The position numbers and the translations under genes are program-made. 64,000 bases of DNA from Gammaproteobacteria bacterium (GTDB taxonomy: Bacteria > Pseudomonadota > Gammaproteobacteria > UBA4575), in NCBI GenBank assembly GCA_965221955.1, contig CBDCTA010000017.1:8649-72648 (forward strand), read 5' to 3'. Shown one piece after another: positions 11,452-23,105 of the stretch (position 1 is its first letter; every line of letters starts with the position of its first letter). The notes below the pieces were generated by a model. It did not search any database. It worked only from the letters and a program-made list of their open reading frames with translations, and was not told the origin of the DNA.

Positions 11452-12576
11452 TCATTCTTCCCAGAATTTCAAATTATCAAAAAAACCTTTTACGTTGTCT
11501 GTCCACGAATGAGACTTAGGACTATGTCGATCGCCGCCTTTTTCAATATCTTTTGAAAATTCTTCTATAAGCTCTTTTTGTTTTTTAGTTAAGTTCACGG
11601 GTGTCTCAACAATTGCGGTGCACAGCATGTCACCGGTTGCACCACCACGCACAGGTTTAACCCCTTTGCCACGTAATCTAAACAAACGACCCGATTGGGT
11701 TTCACTAGGAATTTTTAATTTCACCTTACCATTAAGTGTTGGCACTTCAATTTCACCGCCCAACGCCGCCATGCTAAAGCTGATCGGCACTTGGCAAAGA
11801 AGATTATTATCCTCTCGTGTAAATAACTCATGTGGCCGCACATTGATCTCGACATAAAGATCCCCTGGCGGTCCATTGTTTGGACCAGCTTCACCTTCAC
11901 CCGACAAACGTATTCGGTCTCCAGTATCTACTCCTGCAGGAACTTTTATGGATAATTTTTTATTTTGTTTGGATCGACCTGAACCATGACAATAGTCACA
12001 AGGAACTTTAATTGTTTTTCCTTTTCCTCTGCACTTTGGACAGGTTTGTTGAATAGAAAAGAAACCTTGTTGCATGCGCACTTGACCTACACCATCACAT
12101 GTCTCACAAGTGTCGATAGATGAGTTTGGTGCAGCACCTGAACCATCACATTTTTCACAAGTACTTTGCTTTGGAATATCTATAGTCGATTCGGCACCGA
12201 AGACTGCCTCTTCAAGGCTTACTTCTAAGCCATACTGTAAATCTGCGCCACGATATACACGTTGTCCTCCACCACGGCCTCCACCGAAGATATCCCCAAA
12301 AATATCACCAAAGATATCACCAAAATCAGCCGAGCCACCCCCCATGCCACCCTGTACACCTGCATGACCGAATTGATCATAGGCTTGACGTTTACTAGGA
12401 TCACCTAAAACTTCATACGCTTCTTTGGCTTCTTTGAACTTCGCTTCGGCTTCTTGATCACCAGGATTACGATCAGGATGATATTTCATTGCTAAACGTC
12501 GGAAGGTTTTTTTTAAATCTCCTTCACTCGCCGTGCGCTCTACCCCAAGCACTTCGTAATAATCTCTTTTTTCCAT
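11452..12576 (-). CDS. dnaJ: Chaperone DnaJ
   Basis: J-domain HPD, G/F region, four CxxCxGxG repeats. Confidence 0.99.
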   Translation of the reverse strand: MEKRDYYEVLGVERTASEGDLKKTFRRLAMKYHPDRNPGDQEAEAKFKEAKEAYEVLGDPSKRQAYDQFGHAGVQGGMGGGSADFGDIFGDIFGDIFGGGRGGGQRVYRGADLQYGLEVSLEEAVFGAESTIDIPKQSTCEKCDGSGAAPNSSIDTCETCDGVGQVRMQQGFFSIQQTCPKCRGKGKTIKVPCDYCHGSGRSKQNKKLSIKVPAGVDTGDRIRLSGEGEAGPNNGPPGDLYVEINVRPHELFTREDNNLLCQVPISFSMAALGGEIEVPTLNGKVKLKIPSETQSGRLFRLRGKGVKPVRGGATGDMLCTAIVETPVNLTKKQKELIEEFSKDIEKGGDRHSPKSHSWTDNVKGFFDNLKFWEE

Positions 12577-12604
12577 ATTGTTAGATTTTTTTTGGCTAAA
12601 TATG

Positions 12605-12637
12605 AAAAATCCGAGGTCGTTCGCACTCCCTCGGATT
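12605..12637 (-). terminator. Hairpin/terminator between dnaK and dnaJ
   Basis: AATCCGAGG...CCTCGGATT followed by a short T run on the minus strand. Confidence 0.6.
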
Positions 12638-12666
12638 GGTTAGTTAAATTTTAAGTTTGTTAAAAG

Positions 12667-14595
12667 CTATTTATTATCGTCTACTTCTTCAAACTCTGCG
12701 TCTACTACATCATCATCTGCAGCAGCACCTGCATCTTGTGCGCCAGCTCCACCACTCGCATCGCCACCGCCTGCATCATTTTGTGCATACATGCGCTCCG
12801 CTAATTTACTCGAAGCTTCTGCCAATGCTTGTGTCTTCGTTTCGATAATATCTTTATCGTCTTTATCTAACACTTCTTTAAGATCTTTAATAGCATTTTC
12901 AATTTGCATACGTTCTTCTTGCTCAACTTTATCACCCATCTCCTCGAGTGATTTTTCAGTAGCATGAATCATTTGATCAGCAGTGTTACGTGTGGCAACA
13001 AGCTCACTAAACTTCTTATCTTCTTCTGCATGTGCTTCCGCATCTTTAACCATGTTTTCAATTTCATCATCTGATAAACCACTAGAGGCTTTAATCACGA
13101 TGGATTGTTCTTTACCTGTGGCTTTATCTTTAGCCGAAACATTCAAGATACCATTTGCATCAATATCAAAGGATACTTCGATTTGCGGCACACCTCGCTG
13201 TGCTGGAGGAATATCCGTTAAATCAAAACGACCTAATGATTTATTTCCAGTTGCTTGCTCACGCTCACCTTGCAACACATGTACGGTAACCGCAGTTTGA
13301 TTATTTTCTGCAGTTGAAAACACTTGTTGTGCATTAGTAGGAATCGTGGTGTTCTTTTCAATCAATTTGGTCATCACACCACCTAAGGTTTCAATTCCTA
13401 ATGAAAGTGGAGTAACGTCTAGTAGCAATACATCTTTAACATCACCGCCTAATACACCGGCTTGAATTGCAGCACCCACTGCAACGGCTTCGTCAGGGTT
13501 TACATCTTTACGTGGTTCTTTACCGAAAAAGCCTTGTACTGTTTCTTGTACTTTCGGCATACGCGTTTGACCACCCACTAATATCACATCATCAATATCC
13601 GATGCAGATAAACCAGCATCTTTTAATGCTTGCTTACATGGTGGAATCGTACGCTGTACAAGTTCATCAACAAGTGATTCAAGCTTGGCGCGCGTTAATT
13701 TAATATTTAAATGTTTAGGGCCTGATGCATCCGCAGTGATATAAGGAAGATTCACTTCAGTTTGTTGACCAGAAGAGAGTTCAATCTTAGCTTTTTCTGC
13801 TGCTTCTTTAAGCCTTTGCAAGGCAAGTGGGTCATTATGCAAATCGAAACCTTGGTCTTTCTTAAACTCATCAGCAAGATAATCGATTAAACGCATATCG
13901 AAATCTTCACCACCTAGGAAGGTATCACCATTAGTAGATAACACTTCAAACTGATGTTCACCGTCGACTTCTGCAATTTCGATAATTGAAATATCAAAAG
14001 TACCGCCACCTAAGTCATACACCGCAATTTTGCTATCGCCGCGTTTTTTGTCCATACCATAAGCCAATGCAGCTGCAGTCGGCTCATTGATAATTCGCTT
14101 TACTTCTAGTCCAGCGATTTTGCCGGCATCTTTTGTAGCTTGTCTTTGTGAGTCATTAAAATATGCAGGCACAGTGATCACTGCTTCGGTTACTTCTTCA
14201 CCAAGATAATCTTCTGCAGTTTTTTTCATTTTCATTAGTACACGCGCAGAAATTTCAGGTGGGGCCATTTTTTTGCCACCCACTTCTACCCATGCATCGC
14301 CATTGTCGGCTTTAATAATGTTATACGGCACAAGCTTGATATCTTTTTGTACCGCATCTTCTTCATAACGCCGGCCAACTAATCGTTTAATGGCGTATAA
14401 AGTGTTATTAGGATTTGTGACCGACTGACGTTTTGCCGCTTGACCAACAAGCACTTCGTCGTCATCCGTAAATGCCACAATGGAAGGTGTGGTTCGATCG
14501 CCTTCACTATTCTCAATCACTTTAGGTGTAGTACCTTCCATGACCGCTACACACGAGTTGGTGGTACCTAAATCAATTCCAATGATTTTACCCAT
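12667..14595 (-). CDS. dnaK: Chaperone DnaK
   Basis: [27 protein letters not shown]-terminus. Confidence 0.99.
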   Translation of the reverse strand: MGKIIGIDLGTTNSCVAVMEGTTPKVIENSEGDRTTPSIVAFTDDDEVLVGQAAKRQSVTNPNNTLYAIKRLVGRRYEEDAVQKDIKLVPYNIIKADNGDAWVEVGGKKMAPPEISARVLMKMKKTAEDYLGEEVTEAVITVPAYFNDSQRQATKDAGKIAGLEVKRIINEPTAAALAYGMDKKRGDSKIAVYDLGGGTFDISIIEIAEVDGEHQFEVLSTNGDTFLGGEDFDMRLIDYLADEFKKDQGFDLHNDPLALQRLKEAAEKAKIELSSGQQTEVNLPYITADASGPKHLNIKLTRAKLESLVDELVQRTIPPCKQALKDAGLSASDIDDVILVGGQTRMPKVQETVQGFFGKEPRKDVNPDEAVAVGAAIQAGVLGGDVKDVLLLDVTPLSLGIETLGGVMTKLIEKNTTIPTNAQQVFSTAENNQTAVTVHVLQGEREQATGNKSLGRFDLTDIPPAQRGVPQIEVSFDIDANGILNVSAKDKATGKEQSIVIKASSGLSDDEIENMVKDAEAHAEEDKKFSELVATRNTADQMIHATEKSLEEMGDKVEQEERMQIENAIKDLKEVLDKDDKDIIETKTQALAEASSKLAERMYAQNDAGGGDASGGAGAQDAGAAADDDVVDAEFEEVDDNK

Positions 14596-14661
14596 CGTTG
14601 TTCTCCAAAATTCTCAAAATTTAGTTAGTTAACATTTAATCAAAAACATATTTATGCTTAT

Positions 14662-14689
14662 TAATTGGGCCTAAAAAACGGTTTTCAAG
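14662..14689 (-). promoter_or_regulatory. Sigma-32-like promoter of dnaK
   Basis: CTTGAAA-N13-CCCAATTA on the minus strand, against consensus CTTGAAA-N13/14-CCCCATNT. Confidence 0.7.
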
Positions 14690-14754
14690 CATAAAATGGT
14701 AAATAAATTCACTTTTTATGTTTCTTTGATATACCACGCCAGCCCTCAGCCACA

Positions 14755-15309
14755 TTATCCTGCGGCTTTAGAAACAATCACCATAGCGGGGCGAATCAGC
14801 CGTCCATGTAGGGTATAGCCCTTCTGCATAACGGTTAGCACTGTATTAGGCTCATGCTCCGTACTTTCCTGCATCGTCATCGCTTCGTGTAAATTAGGAT
14901 CAAACGCCTTACCGGTTGGATCAATTTCTTCTATAGAAAACTTCTCAAAAGCGTTGCTTAACATTTTCAGCGTTAATTCAGTGCCTTCTTTTAACTTTTC
15001 AAGATCTATATCATCGGTATTTAAACCCAACTCTAAGCTATCTTTGACTTGTAGCAATTCATTCGCAAACTTCTCATTTGCATATTTATGGGCATTCGAA
15101 ACATCACGTTCGGTGCGCTTACGCAAATTTTCCATTTCGGCTTGAGTGCGAATCATTTTATCTTGATACTCGGCTACTTGCTGTTGCGCTTCCTCAAGCT
15201 GTTGCTCAAGCCCATTCAAAGAATGGTCTTGTGATTCTTGATCAGATTCCTTCACGTCGGATTCATCCATATCTGCATTTTGTTCAGTTTCTTGTTCAGT
15301 ATTTGGCAT
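14755..15309 (-). CDS. grpE: Nucleotide exchange factor GrpE
   Basis: AEMENLRKR, FDPNLHEAM, QKGYTLHGRLIRPAMVIV. Confidence 0.98.
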   Translation of the reverse strand: MPNTEQETEQNADMDESDVKESDQESQDHSLNGLEQQLEEAQQQVAEYQDKMIRTQAEMENLRKRTERDVSNAHKYANEKFANELLQVKDSLELGLNTDDIDLEKLKEGTELTLKMLSNAFEKFSIEEIDPTGKAFDPNLHEAMTMQESTEHEPNTVLTVMQKGYTLHGRLIRPAMVIVSKAAG

Positions 15310-15381
15310 AAAGTTCTATGCTAATGTGTAGGCAAATAGTAATTATTCAAGTCTACAATGACAAAATTTTTAAACGTATTT

Positions 15382-16440
15382 CTAGCTGTGACTATTAAGT
15401 GCTTCGCCTAAAAGCTTAGCAGTTAGATCCACAATGGGTATTACTCTTTCGTAAGACATGCGCGTGGGTCCAACTACTGCTAATACGCCCATAATCTCAT
15501 CATCTACCGTATAGGGTGAGGTCACTACGCTGCAATCATCCAAGGCTTTGTGCCCCGATTCCTGGCCAATAAATATTTGTATACCTTCCGCACATATACA
15601 TCGATCTAACAAGTTTAAAAACTCTCGCTTTTGATTAAAAGCATCAAATAATCCTCGTAATTTATAGATATCTGACAACTCTTCGTATTCCATCAAATTG
15701 GTTTGTCCGACAACTACATAATCTGGTTTACCGCTATTCGTGTCAGAAAATATTTTTTCACCCATCTCTACTGCTGAACGCATGAGCTCATTCATATTTT
15801 CACGTACATGGTCGAGTTCTTGCAAAATTTTCTGACGTGCTACAATTAAGTCTTGGCCAGCACATAATTCATTTAAGTAGTTTGCAGCTTGTTGTAGCTC
15901 TGATGGACTGTATTCGCGATCGGTGTGAATAATACGATTCTGAACTTCTTTTTGATTCACAATCAAAATAGCTAACACGCGTTGATCTGATAAAGGTAAA
16001 AACTCTATCTGTCTTAATTCAACACGCTCATGTTTCGGCAAAGTAACTACACCTGCCATACTGGTTAATCCAGAAAGTAAGCCTGATGCGCTTTCAACCA
16101 AACCACTCATACTTAAATTTGGCTGCAAATCTTTTGACACGCGTTTCACCACATCAGAAGTAAGTGGTTGCACAGTTAGCATTGTGTCTACAAATAACCG
16201 ATAACCTTTAGTAGTTGGTACGCGACCCGAAGAAGTATGTGGAGACTCAACAAAACCCAACTCTTCTAAATCTGCCATTACATTTCGAATGGTAGCTGGA
16301 CTGACATCTAAATCGGACATTTTTGCCAGATTGCGTGAACCCATGGGGTGGCCATCTGAAATATAACTTTGCACCAACACTTTTAATAAGTGCTGCGCAC
16401 GTTCATTCAGCGATTTACTAAGATCTTCACTTGAACTCAT
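15382..16440 (-). CDS. hrcA: Heat-inducible transcription repressor HrcA
   Basis: SPATIRNVMADLEELG, PHTSSGRVPT, VGPTRMSY. Confidence 0.97.
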   Translation of the reverse strand: MSSSEDLSKSLNERAQHLLKVLVQSYISDGHPMGSRNLAKMSDLDVSPATIRNVMADLEELGFVESPHTSSGRVPTTKGYRLFVDTMLTVQPLTSDVVKRVSKDLQPNLSMSGLVESASGLLSGLTSMAGVVTLPKHERVELRQIEFLPLSDQRVLAILIVNQKEVQNRIIHTDREYSPSELQQAANYLNELCAGQDLIVARQKILQELDHVRENMNELMRSAVEMGEKIFSDTNSGKPDYVVVGQTNLMEYEELSDIYKLRGLFDAFNQKREFLNLLDRCICAEGIQIFIGQESGHKALDDCSVVTSPYTVDDEIMGVLAVVGPTRMSYERVIPIVDLTAKLLGEALNSHS

Positions 16441-16491
16441 AGTTTGAAGACAGCATTCGTAGTCACCAGATACAGTGGTTAGGCTAAAAAT

Positions 16492-16518
16492 TTAGCACTC
16501 AAGACTAGAGAGTGCTAA
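16492..16518. promoter_or_regulatory. CIRCE operator (HrcA binding site)
   Basis: TTAGCACTC-aagactaga-GAGTGCTAA, an exact match to TTAGCACTC-N9-GAGTGCTAA, 52 bp upstream of hrcA. Confidence 0.97.
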
Positions 16519-16647
16519 AAGTATAATTACAGCCTCACCATTACATGTCAAGAAAGTGTACTTGTTCCAGGGCTTGAGGCTCTCAGCCCATGGTGTCACT
16601 AGATAATCCATGATAGCTTTAATAAAAATCAAAGACATAGACCCATC

Positions 16648-17529
16648 GTGAGCCAATTTTCCAAAATCAGTATTCTCTCCAAACCTGATGATCCCAACAT
16701 TGCTGACACCGTTCGCGCTTTGTACCAATATTTACAGGCACGAAACGTAGAAATTTATGCAGATTCAGTTTCTGCATCTTTCCTAGATAAAGAACCCAGC
16801 AATCCTGAGGAGCTTGCAAGCAATAGTGATCTTGCCATTGTAGTAGGCGGTGACGGAACCATTTTGCATGCCGCACATAGTTTGATTGAAAAAGAAATCC
16901 CTTTACTCGGTATAAACTTGGGGAGACTTGGATTTCTAGCAGAGATAAAGCCTAAGGATATTGAAGAGCAGCTCGACCAAATTCTTGCAGGCGACTATTC
17001 AGAAGAACGCCGTATTGTTTTACAAGCAAGTTTAATCCGTGAAGGTGACTCGATTGGTACATGTTATGCCATTAATGATGTAGTAGTGCATGCTAAACAG
17101 ATGGTACGCATGATCGAAATTGAATCACGTGTCAATGATAAATATGTAAACACGCTTCGCGCAGATGGATATATCGTTGCCACACCAACGGGTTCTACAG
17201 CTTATGCTTTATCTGGTGGCGGTCCTATTTTACATCCCAGCATTGATGCTTTTGTTTTAGTTCCCATTTGTCCACATACCTTAAGTAATCGACCCATTGT
17301 AGTGGATGCCAATAGTCGAGTAGAAATTCTATTGTCCGAAGAGAACCGTCACACTGCTCTCGCATCTGTGGATGGCCAAATTGATATGGATTTTATGCCA
17401 GGTGATACCGTTGTAATCGAAAGAGCTAAACACGACTTAAGGCTCATTCAGCCTAAACATTATGACTACTTTGATGTATTGCGCGTAAAATTACGTTGGA
17501 GTGCTTCACCAGATAGCCATAAAAACTAA
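16648..17529 (+). CDS. nadK: NAD kinase
   Basis: GGDGT, GINLGRLGFL, ATPTGSTAYALSGGGP. Confidence 0.97.
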   Translation: MSQFSKISILSKPDDPNIADTVRALYQYLQARNVEIYADSVSASFLDKEPSNPEELASNSDLAIVVGGDGTILHAAHSLIEKEIPLLGINLGRLGFLAEIKPKDIEEQLDQILAGDYSEERRIVLQASLIREGDSIGTCYAINDVVVHAKQMVRMIEIESRVNDKYVNTLRADGYIVATPTGSTAYALSGGGPILHPSIDAFVLVPICPHTLSNRPIVVDANSRVEILLSEENRHTALASVDGQIDMDFMPGDTVVIERAKHDLRLIQPKHYDYFDVLRVKLRWSASPDSHKN

Positions 17530-17556
17530 TAGCTACTCATAGCTTTTCACAAGCCT

Positions 17557-19230
17557 ATGCTCAAATCCATTTTTATTAAAAACTTTGCCATTATTGATGA
17601 GTTAGAGTTAGATTTTTTTGATGGAATGAGCGTGCTTACAGGAGAAACTGGTGCAGGCAAATCTATTATTATTGATGCACTTAACCTCGCACTCGGTAAT
17701 CGAGCAGATCGTTCCGTTGCGCGCTTAGAAAATAAAAACGTAGAAGTAATCGCTACACTTGATACTAACAGCAGCGAAGAAGCTGCAACCTGGCTTAAAG
17801 AACATGATCTCGATAACGATGATGAATGTGTTTTACGTCGTGTAATTAATGAAGATGGTAAATCTAAAGCTTATATCAACAGTACACCCTCATCAGCAAC
17901 GGCTTTACGCAACCTTGGAAGCTTGTTTGTTGATGTGTATGGTCAACATGAGCATCAATCTTTAATGCGTACAGATATGCAACGCCAACTACTAGATGAT
18001 TTTGCAGGAAACCGCAAAGACATTGACAAACTAAACTCGGTATATCGTCTTTGGCAAAGCTTAAAAAACCAATTGGAACTTGCCGAAACAAGCCAAGAAG
18101 ATACCCAGGCAAAATTAGACTTGTTGCGTTATCAGTTTCAAGAACTAGAATCATTGGACTTGCAAGATAATGAATTTGAAGAAATCAATGAAAGATTTAT
18201 TCGCCTAAATAATTCTAAAGAGCTTAATGAAACAAGTTTGCGTATTTCGCAACAACTTGCCGGTGATGATGAATCATCTGTTTACGACATGCTCAGCTCA
18301 TCAATAAATGATATTGAAAAATATGCAGAACTTGACACACAACTAGAAGAACCTTTAGATGCCTTACGTAATATTCATATACAAACTAAAGAAGTTGCCA
18401 ATAGTTTGCGCAATTATTCTGAAAAAGTTTCTTCTGACCCTCAAGAATTACAAATTTTAGAAGATCGTATTACCGCTATTGAAGAAATTTCTCGAAAACA
18501 TAAAGTAAAGCCACAAGAGCTCACTCTTATGCGTAAATCTATTGAAGAAGAGCTTAAAAACTTGGAAAGCGGTCACGAAGATCCTGAAAAAATCAAAATT
18601 TCCATGCAAGAAGCTGAACAATCTTATCGCACGATTGCAAAAAGAATTAGCACAAGTCGCAAAAAAGCCGCTAACGAGTTAAATGAAAAAATAACAGAGT
18701 CAATGCAATCGCTTGGGATGCAAGGAGGCCGTTTTCATATTTCTGTAGAAGCAAAGAAATCAACTGCATTATCATTGAATGGTTTAGACGAAATACAATT
18801 TCTTGTGCATACTAATCCTGGCCAATCACTACGCCCCTTAAATAAAGTAGCATCAGGCGGAGAACTTTCAAGATTAAGTCTTGCCATACAAATGGCAACC
18901 TCAAATAATTTGAAAATACCCACCTTGATTTTTGATGAAGTTGACACCGGTGTGGGTGGCGCAACCGCCGAAATGGTGGGTAAACATTTACGCAAACTAA
19001 GTAATAATGCACAAGTATTTTGTGTAACACACTTACCACAAGTCGCTGCACAATCCCACCATCATTACAAAGTAGACAAGTTTGAAAAAAATGAATCGAT
19101 TGCTACAAATATTTCGCATCTTACTGAAGAAGCTCGTATTGAAGAGATCGCTCGAATGCTAGGTGGCGTTGAACTAACTAAAAACACTCAGGAGCATGCC
19201 AAAGAAATGCTTCGACAAAGCAAACATTAA
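17557..19230 (+). CDS. recN: DNA repair protein RecN
   Basis: TGETGAGKS, ASGGELSR, IFDEVDTGVGG, VTHLPQVAA. Confidence 0.98.
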   Translation: MLKSIFIKNFAIIDELELDFFDGMSVLTGETGAGKSIIIDALNLALGNRADRSVARLENKNVEVIATLDTNSSEEAATWLKEHDLDNDDECVLRRVINEDGKSKAYINSTPSSATALRNLGSLFVDVYGQHEHQSLMRTDMQRQLLDDFAGNRKDIDKLNSVYRLWQSLKNQLELAETSQEDTQAKLDLLRYQFQELESLDLQDNEFEEINERFIRLNNSKELNETSLRISQQLAGDDESSVYDMLSSSINDIEKYAELDTQLEEPLDALRNIHIQTKEVANSLRNYSEKVSSDPQELQILEDRITAIEEISRKHKVKPQELTLMRKSIEEELKNLESGHEDPEKIKISMQEAEQSYRTIAKRISTSRKKAANELNEKITESMQSLGMQGGRFHISVEAKKSTALSLNGLDEIQFLVHTNPGQSLRPLNKVASGGELSRLSLAIQMATSNNLKIPTLIFDEVDTGVGGATAEMVGKHLRKLSNNAQVFCVTHLPQVAAQSHHHYKVDKFEKNESIATNISHLTEEARIEEIARMLGGVELTKNTQEHAKEMLRQSKH

Positions 19231-19231
19231 A

Positions 19232-19723
19232 ATGAATTATTTAAAAATCTTAACTATTATATTCTCACTCATCTTTTTGACTGCATGTGGAAGCAGATTG
19301 CTAACCGTACATAAGATTGATGTGCAACAAGGCAATGCCTTAGACTCCGAAAAGGTAGACAAAATCACAATTGGGATGAGCCAAGAGCAAGTTAGGTATG
19401 TATTAGGTAGCCCAATAATTTCCGACAGCTTTCACCCTGATCGATGGGATTATGTTTACTTTTTTCTTCCAGGTTACGGCGAAAAACAGCGCAAACAGCT
19501 GACACTAATATTTGACCGTGGCGAAGTCATCGAAATTGCAAAACATAATATTATTGAAGGTAGCGGTGCCGGACTTAAAAACGAGGAAGAGGGTAGTGGT
19601 AACGATGTCAATAAAGAAGAAGAACATCTCAGTGAACGAGAGAAGAAAGAGCTTGAGAAAGCTGAAAAACAAGCCTCTTCTTTAGAAGAAGCTTTGGAAA
19701 CCAATAAAAATCCAGATAATTAA
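19232..19723 (+). CDS. bamE: Outer membrane assembly lipoprotein BamE with charged C-terminal tail
   Basis: LTAC lipobox, IDVQQGN, GMSQEQVRYVLGSP, RWDYVY. Confidence 0.93.
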   Translation: MNYLKILTIIFSLIFLTACGSRLLTVHKIDVQQGNALDSEKVDKITIGMSQEQVRYVLGSPIISDSFHPDRWDYVYFFLPGYGEKQRKQLTLIFDRGEVIEIAKHNIIEGSGAGLKNEEEGSGNDVNKEEEHLSEREKKELEKAEKQASSLEEALETNKNPDN

Positions 19724-19800
19724 ACAAGAGCAAAAAAATTAAATATGCTCAACAAATAAAATTACTCTTTCATGAAAATTAGCATTTCATCAGTGTAGAG

Positions 19801-20229
19801 TTACTCGCAATCCCCTATTCGTTGACCTACCCACTTGGTGCTCATTGTCACCATTTGACCATTAAAGTCCGCCTGCATATCCATACCCCCCGTAATCGAA
19901 TCACCAGAAGATTGTGCATGCCCATTACCAGTCATGGTAACACCTTGGTTGGCACAATTAATCGTCCACTGCATTGAATTTGCATCTACACTTGAATTGG
20001 TCACTTCGCAACCATCAGTATCATCCATCATAGTGTCAGGTGATATTTCAGACTCATCAATGCATTCTTGTGAAACATTTTCGTGCGTGCCCCCTGGGCT
20101 GGTGACAACGCTTTTAGTCTCCCACAAACCAGGCTCAACCTGCATACCACTAGCAGTGACAATGCCTAATAAACTTAGACTGAAATAAATACAAATGATT
20201 GTAATAAGTTTATTAGTTAATTTTGACAT
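19801..20229 (-). CDS. DUF3617-like secreted protein
   Basis: Signal peptide, PGLWETK, C-terminal GQRIGDC. Confidence 0.75.
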   Translation of the reverse strand: MSKLTNKLITIICIYFSLSLLGIVTASGMQVEPGLWETKSVVTSPGGTHENVSQECIDESEISPDTMMDDTDGCEVTNSSVDANSMQWTINCANQGVTMTGNGHAQSSGDSITGGMDMQADFNGQMVTMSTKWVGQRIGDCE

Positions 20230-20311
20230 AAATAAACCTTGGTTAAACAAAATCTTAAGTTACTTCATCAAACAAGCACATGCGTATTGGCACAAGTGTT
20301 TATTGAATTTC

Positions 20312-20608
20312 TTAAACTTCTTTTTGCAAATCTGCACGCGCACGACGTGCTTGCATTGGATCCACAATCAGTGGTCGATAAATTTCCACCCTATCATGCT
20401 CTTGCAATACTTGGTCCAATTGAACAATTTTACCATATATACCAAATGAATTTTTTAAGAGATCAATCTCCCCATATTTCTGCATAATCCCTGAGATTTC
20501 TATGGCTTGCCCAACATTACATTTTATAGGCACTTGTATTGTTATCACTTCCTGTTTGTCTGGAAGAGCGTATACAACAAACACAGAAATAAATTTTACA
20601 TCAACCAT
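20312..20608 (-). CDS. rnfH: RnfH/RatB (YfjF) ubiquitin-like protein
   Basis: VVYALPDKQ, DRVEIYRPLIVDP..ARRAR. Confidence 0.93.
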   Translation of the reverse strand: MVDVKFISVFVVYALPDKQEVITIQVPIKCNVGQAIEISGIMQKYGEIDLLKNSFGIYGKIVQLDQVLQEHDRVEIYRPLIVDPMQARRARADLQKEV

Positions 20609-21032
20609 AAAGTTGACTCGCTCTTTGAGTAAATGCGGAAACTAATTTATTTGCAACTTGGGTAAAGATAGGACCCAGCGTTACTGAATACAAACGGTTT
20701 GAAAATGAAAATTCCATATCTAGCTCCACTTTACAAGACTTTTCATCCAACGTCTGAAATTTCCAAGTACCAATTAAATGTTTAAATGGGCCTTTAACTA
20801 AACGCATTACTATCTCTTTATTTTCTTCTAATTCATTACAAGTAGTAACGGAAGCGTGAATGCCTCGTTTAGCAAAACTCATAGTAGCTTCTATTTCTTC
20901 TACACTTTCCTTATGCACAGTCGTTTCTACACACCAAGGCACAAACTCTGGATAGGAAGCTACATCATTCACCAAACGAAACATCTGTGCTGCAGTATAT
21001 GGCAGCAATGCACTGCGTTGAACCTTAGTCAT
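20601..21032 (-). CDS. ratA: RatA/PasT (Coq10-like START domain)
   Basis: LVNDVASYPEFVPWC, LVKGPFKHL.G.W.F. Confidence 0.93.
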   Translation of the reverse strand: MTKVQRSALLPYTAAQMFRLVNDVASYPEFVPWCVETTVHKESVEEIEATMSFAKRGIHASVTTCNELEENKEIVMRLVKGPFKHLIGTWKFQTLDEKSCKVELDMEFSFSNRLYSVTLGPIFTQVANKLVSAFTQRASQLYG

Positions 21033-21037
21033 AAAAA

Positions 21038-22435
21038 TTACGTAAGGTTAAACTTCTCCAAAATACCTAAAACATGCAAGAAAATAATTATCACGCCAAT
21101 AGGGGTGACATATCTCGCTAAAAAGCGCCACAAATTATACGCACCAGCGTGTTTAATTTTTAATTCATCATGTCGTGACTCTTCTGTCATTATCCAGGCT
21201 GCAAAAATACAAATTAAAATTCCACCAAGTGGCAGCATGATGTTTGAAGTTAAATAATCCAACAAATCAAAAAATGATTTACCCTCTAAAAACGTACCAT
21301 TAAATACTTCAATTTTTTTCCAATTATTAAATGAGTAAACCGTACCCAGACCAAATATCCAAGTCACTACACCACAAATTATGGAAGACGTTAGTCGCGA
21401 AATAGAAAATTTTTCGATCAGCCAAGCTACTGCAGGTTCAATCAATGAGATTGCCGATGTCCATGCCGCGAACACTAATAAAACAAAGAAAATTGTGCCG
21501 AAAATTAAACCACCGGTCATTTGCCCAAACGCAAGCGGTAAGGTATTAAAAATTAAACCTGGCCCTTGCCCTGCTTCTAAACCATTTGCTAATACAATTG
21601 GGAAAATAGCCATACCCGCTAAAATTGCAACTAAGGTGTCTGCAATCGCTACTTGAAAGCTTGTCGTAGCAATGGAAGCGTTATCAGGCAAATAGGACCC
21701 ATACATCATGATGGCCCCCATTCCTAGGCTTAAGCTAAAAAATGCCTGACCCATTGCTTTTAACACCACCTCAGGGCTGAGTTTGCTGAAATCAGGGGCA
21801 AACAAAAATTTTAAACTCGCAATGAAATCGCCATGCAGCATGGCATAGCCGATCATTACAATAATGAGTAAAAATAAAGTCGGCATGAGTATGCGTACTG
21901 CACTTTCTAGGCCTTTACTCACCCCGCGGACGACCACGATCATCGTCAGCACAATAAACAAGGTATGCCAAAATAAAAGACGGTTCGGATTTGAAATTAG
22001 ATTCGTAAATATTTCACCGGCTTTTTCAGCGGTTGCCCCTGTAAACGTTCCTCTTGCAGTGTCCAATACATATGAAAGTGCCCATCCAGCGATCACACTG
22101 TAATAAGAAAGAATCAAGAAACCTGCGAGCACTCCCATCAAACCAAGTAGGCGCCATGCTCCACTGCGGCCTTCATCTTGTGCTAACAAAGACATTGTAT
22201 TAACTGGACTACTACGACCACGCCTTCCAATGAGCACTTCTGACATCATCACTGGAATTCCAAAAAGTGCGATACAGATTAAATACAGTAAAACAAAAGC
22301 ACCGCCACCATTTTCCCCTGCCATGTAAGGAAACTTCCAAATATTGCCCAAACCCACTGCAGAACCGGCAGCCGCCAGCACGAAGGCAAAACGTGATGAC
22401 CAGTAACCGTGGATAGAAGTTCTTATTGCTGCCAT
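21038..22435 (-). CDS. Sodium-dependent transporter, NSS/SNF family
   Basis: WSSRFAFVLAAAGSAVGLGNIWKFPY, GQAFFSLSLG. Confidence 0.95.
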   Translation of the reverse strand: MAAIRTSIHGYWSSRFAFVLAAAGSAVGLGNIWKFPYMAGENGGGAFVLLYLICIALFGIPVMMSEVLIGRRGRSSPVNTMSLLAQDEGRSGAWRLLGLMGVLAGFLILSYYSVIAGWALSYVLDTARGTFTGATAEKAGEIFTNLISNPNRLLFWHTLFIVLTMIVVVRGVSKGLESAVRILMPTLFLLIIVMIGYAMLHGDFIASLKFLFAPDFSKLSPEVVLKAMGQAFFSLSLGMGAIMMYGSYLPDNASIATTSFQVAIADTLVAILAGMAIFPIVLANGLEAGQGPGLIFNTLPLAFGQMTGGLIFGTIFFVLLVFAAWTSAISLIEPAVAWLIEKFSISRLTSSIICGVVTWIFGLGTVYSFNNWKKIEVFNGTFLEGKSFFDLLDYLTSNIMLPLGGILICIFAAWIMTEESRHDELKIKHAGAYNLWRFLARYVTPIGVIIIFLHVLGILEKFNLT

Positions 22436-22541
22436 ATGCTACTCACTCAACTGCTTTCTAAAAATTTAACTTCTTCTTGTAAATTATTGACATAAATAGA
22501 TTATTATCGAATGCTTTGAGCAAATACACCATAATATCGAC

Positions 22542-23015
22542 ATGGCCAAGCCTAAGCATAAAACAGATAACACCATAGCCGTTAACAAAAAAGCCCGACA
22601 TGATTATTTTATCGAGGAAAAAATTGAGGCAGGCTTAGTCTTAGAGGGCTGGGAAGTCAAAAGTCTACGCTCAAAAAGTGTGCAACTAAAAGAAAGCTAC
22701 GTGCTGGTTAAAAATAGGGAGGCATGGCTATTAGGTGCTCACATTAGCCCATTACCTTCAGCCTCTACACATAAATCAACCGACCCCACTCGTACACGTA
22801 AACTGCTTTTACACAAAAACGAATTAGCAAGGCTCATTGGTGCAGTCGAGCGAAAAGGATACACGATCGTACCTTTATCGATGTACTGGAAAAAAGGTAA
22901 GGCCAAGCTTGAAATTGGAATCGCGAAAGGCAAGCAGAAACAAGATAAACGCGCCAGTATCAAAGAACGAGACTGGCAACGAGACAAACAAAGAATTTTA
23001 AAACACAACCGATAA
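22542..23015 (+). CDS. smpB: SsrA-binding protein SmpB
   Basis: [31 protein letters not shown]. Confidence 0.98.
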   Translation: MAKPKHKTDNTIAVNKKARHDYFIEEKIEAGLVLEGWEVKSLRSKSVQLKESYVLVKNREAWLLGAHISPLPSASTHKSTDPTRTRKLLLHKNELARLIGAVERKGYTIVPLSMYWKKGKAKLEIGIAKGKQKQDKRASIKERDWQRDKQRILKHNR

Positions 23016-23105
23016 GCCGAGCGCAATAACTGTTCTATTTTCAAGCAATACTTTCTTAAATTAGGTTAACCAAAGTATTTGCTAAGAAGTTATTTTAGCA
23101 GTAAA

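Noticed and set aside
23016-23105. tmRNA (ssrA) after smpB
   Set aside because: No GGGGC 5' end, tag ORF or tRNA-like 3' end; only an AT-rich hairpin.
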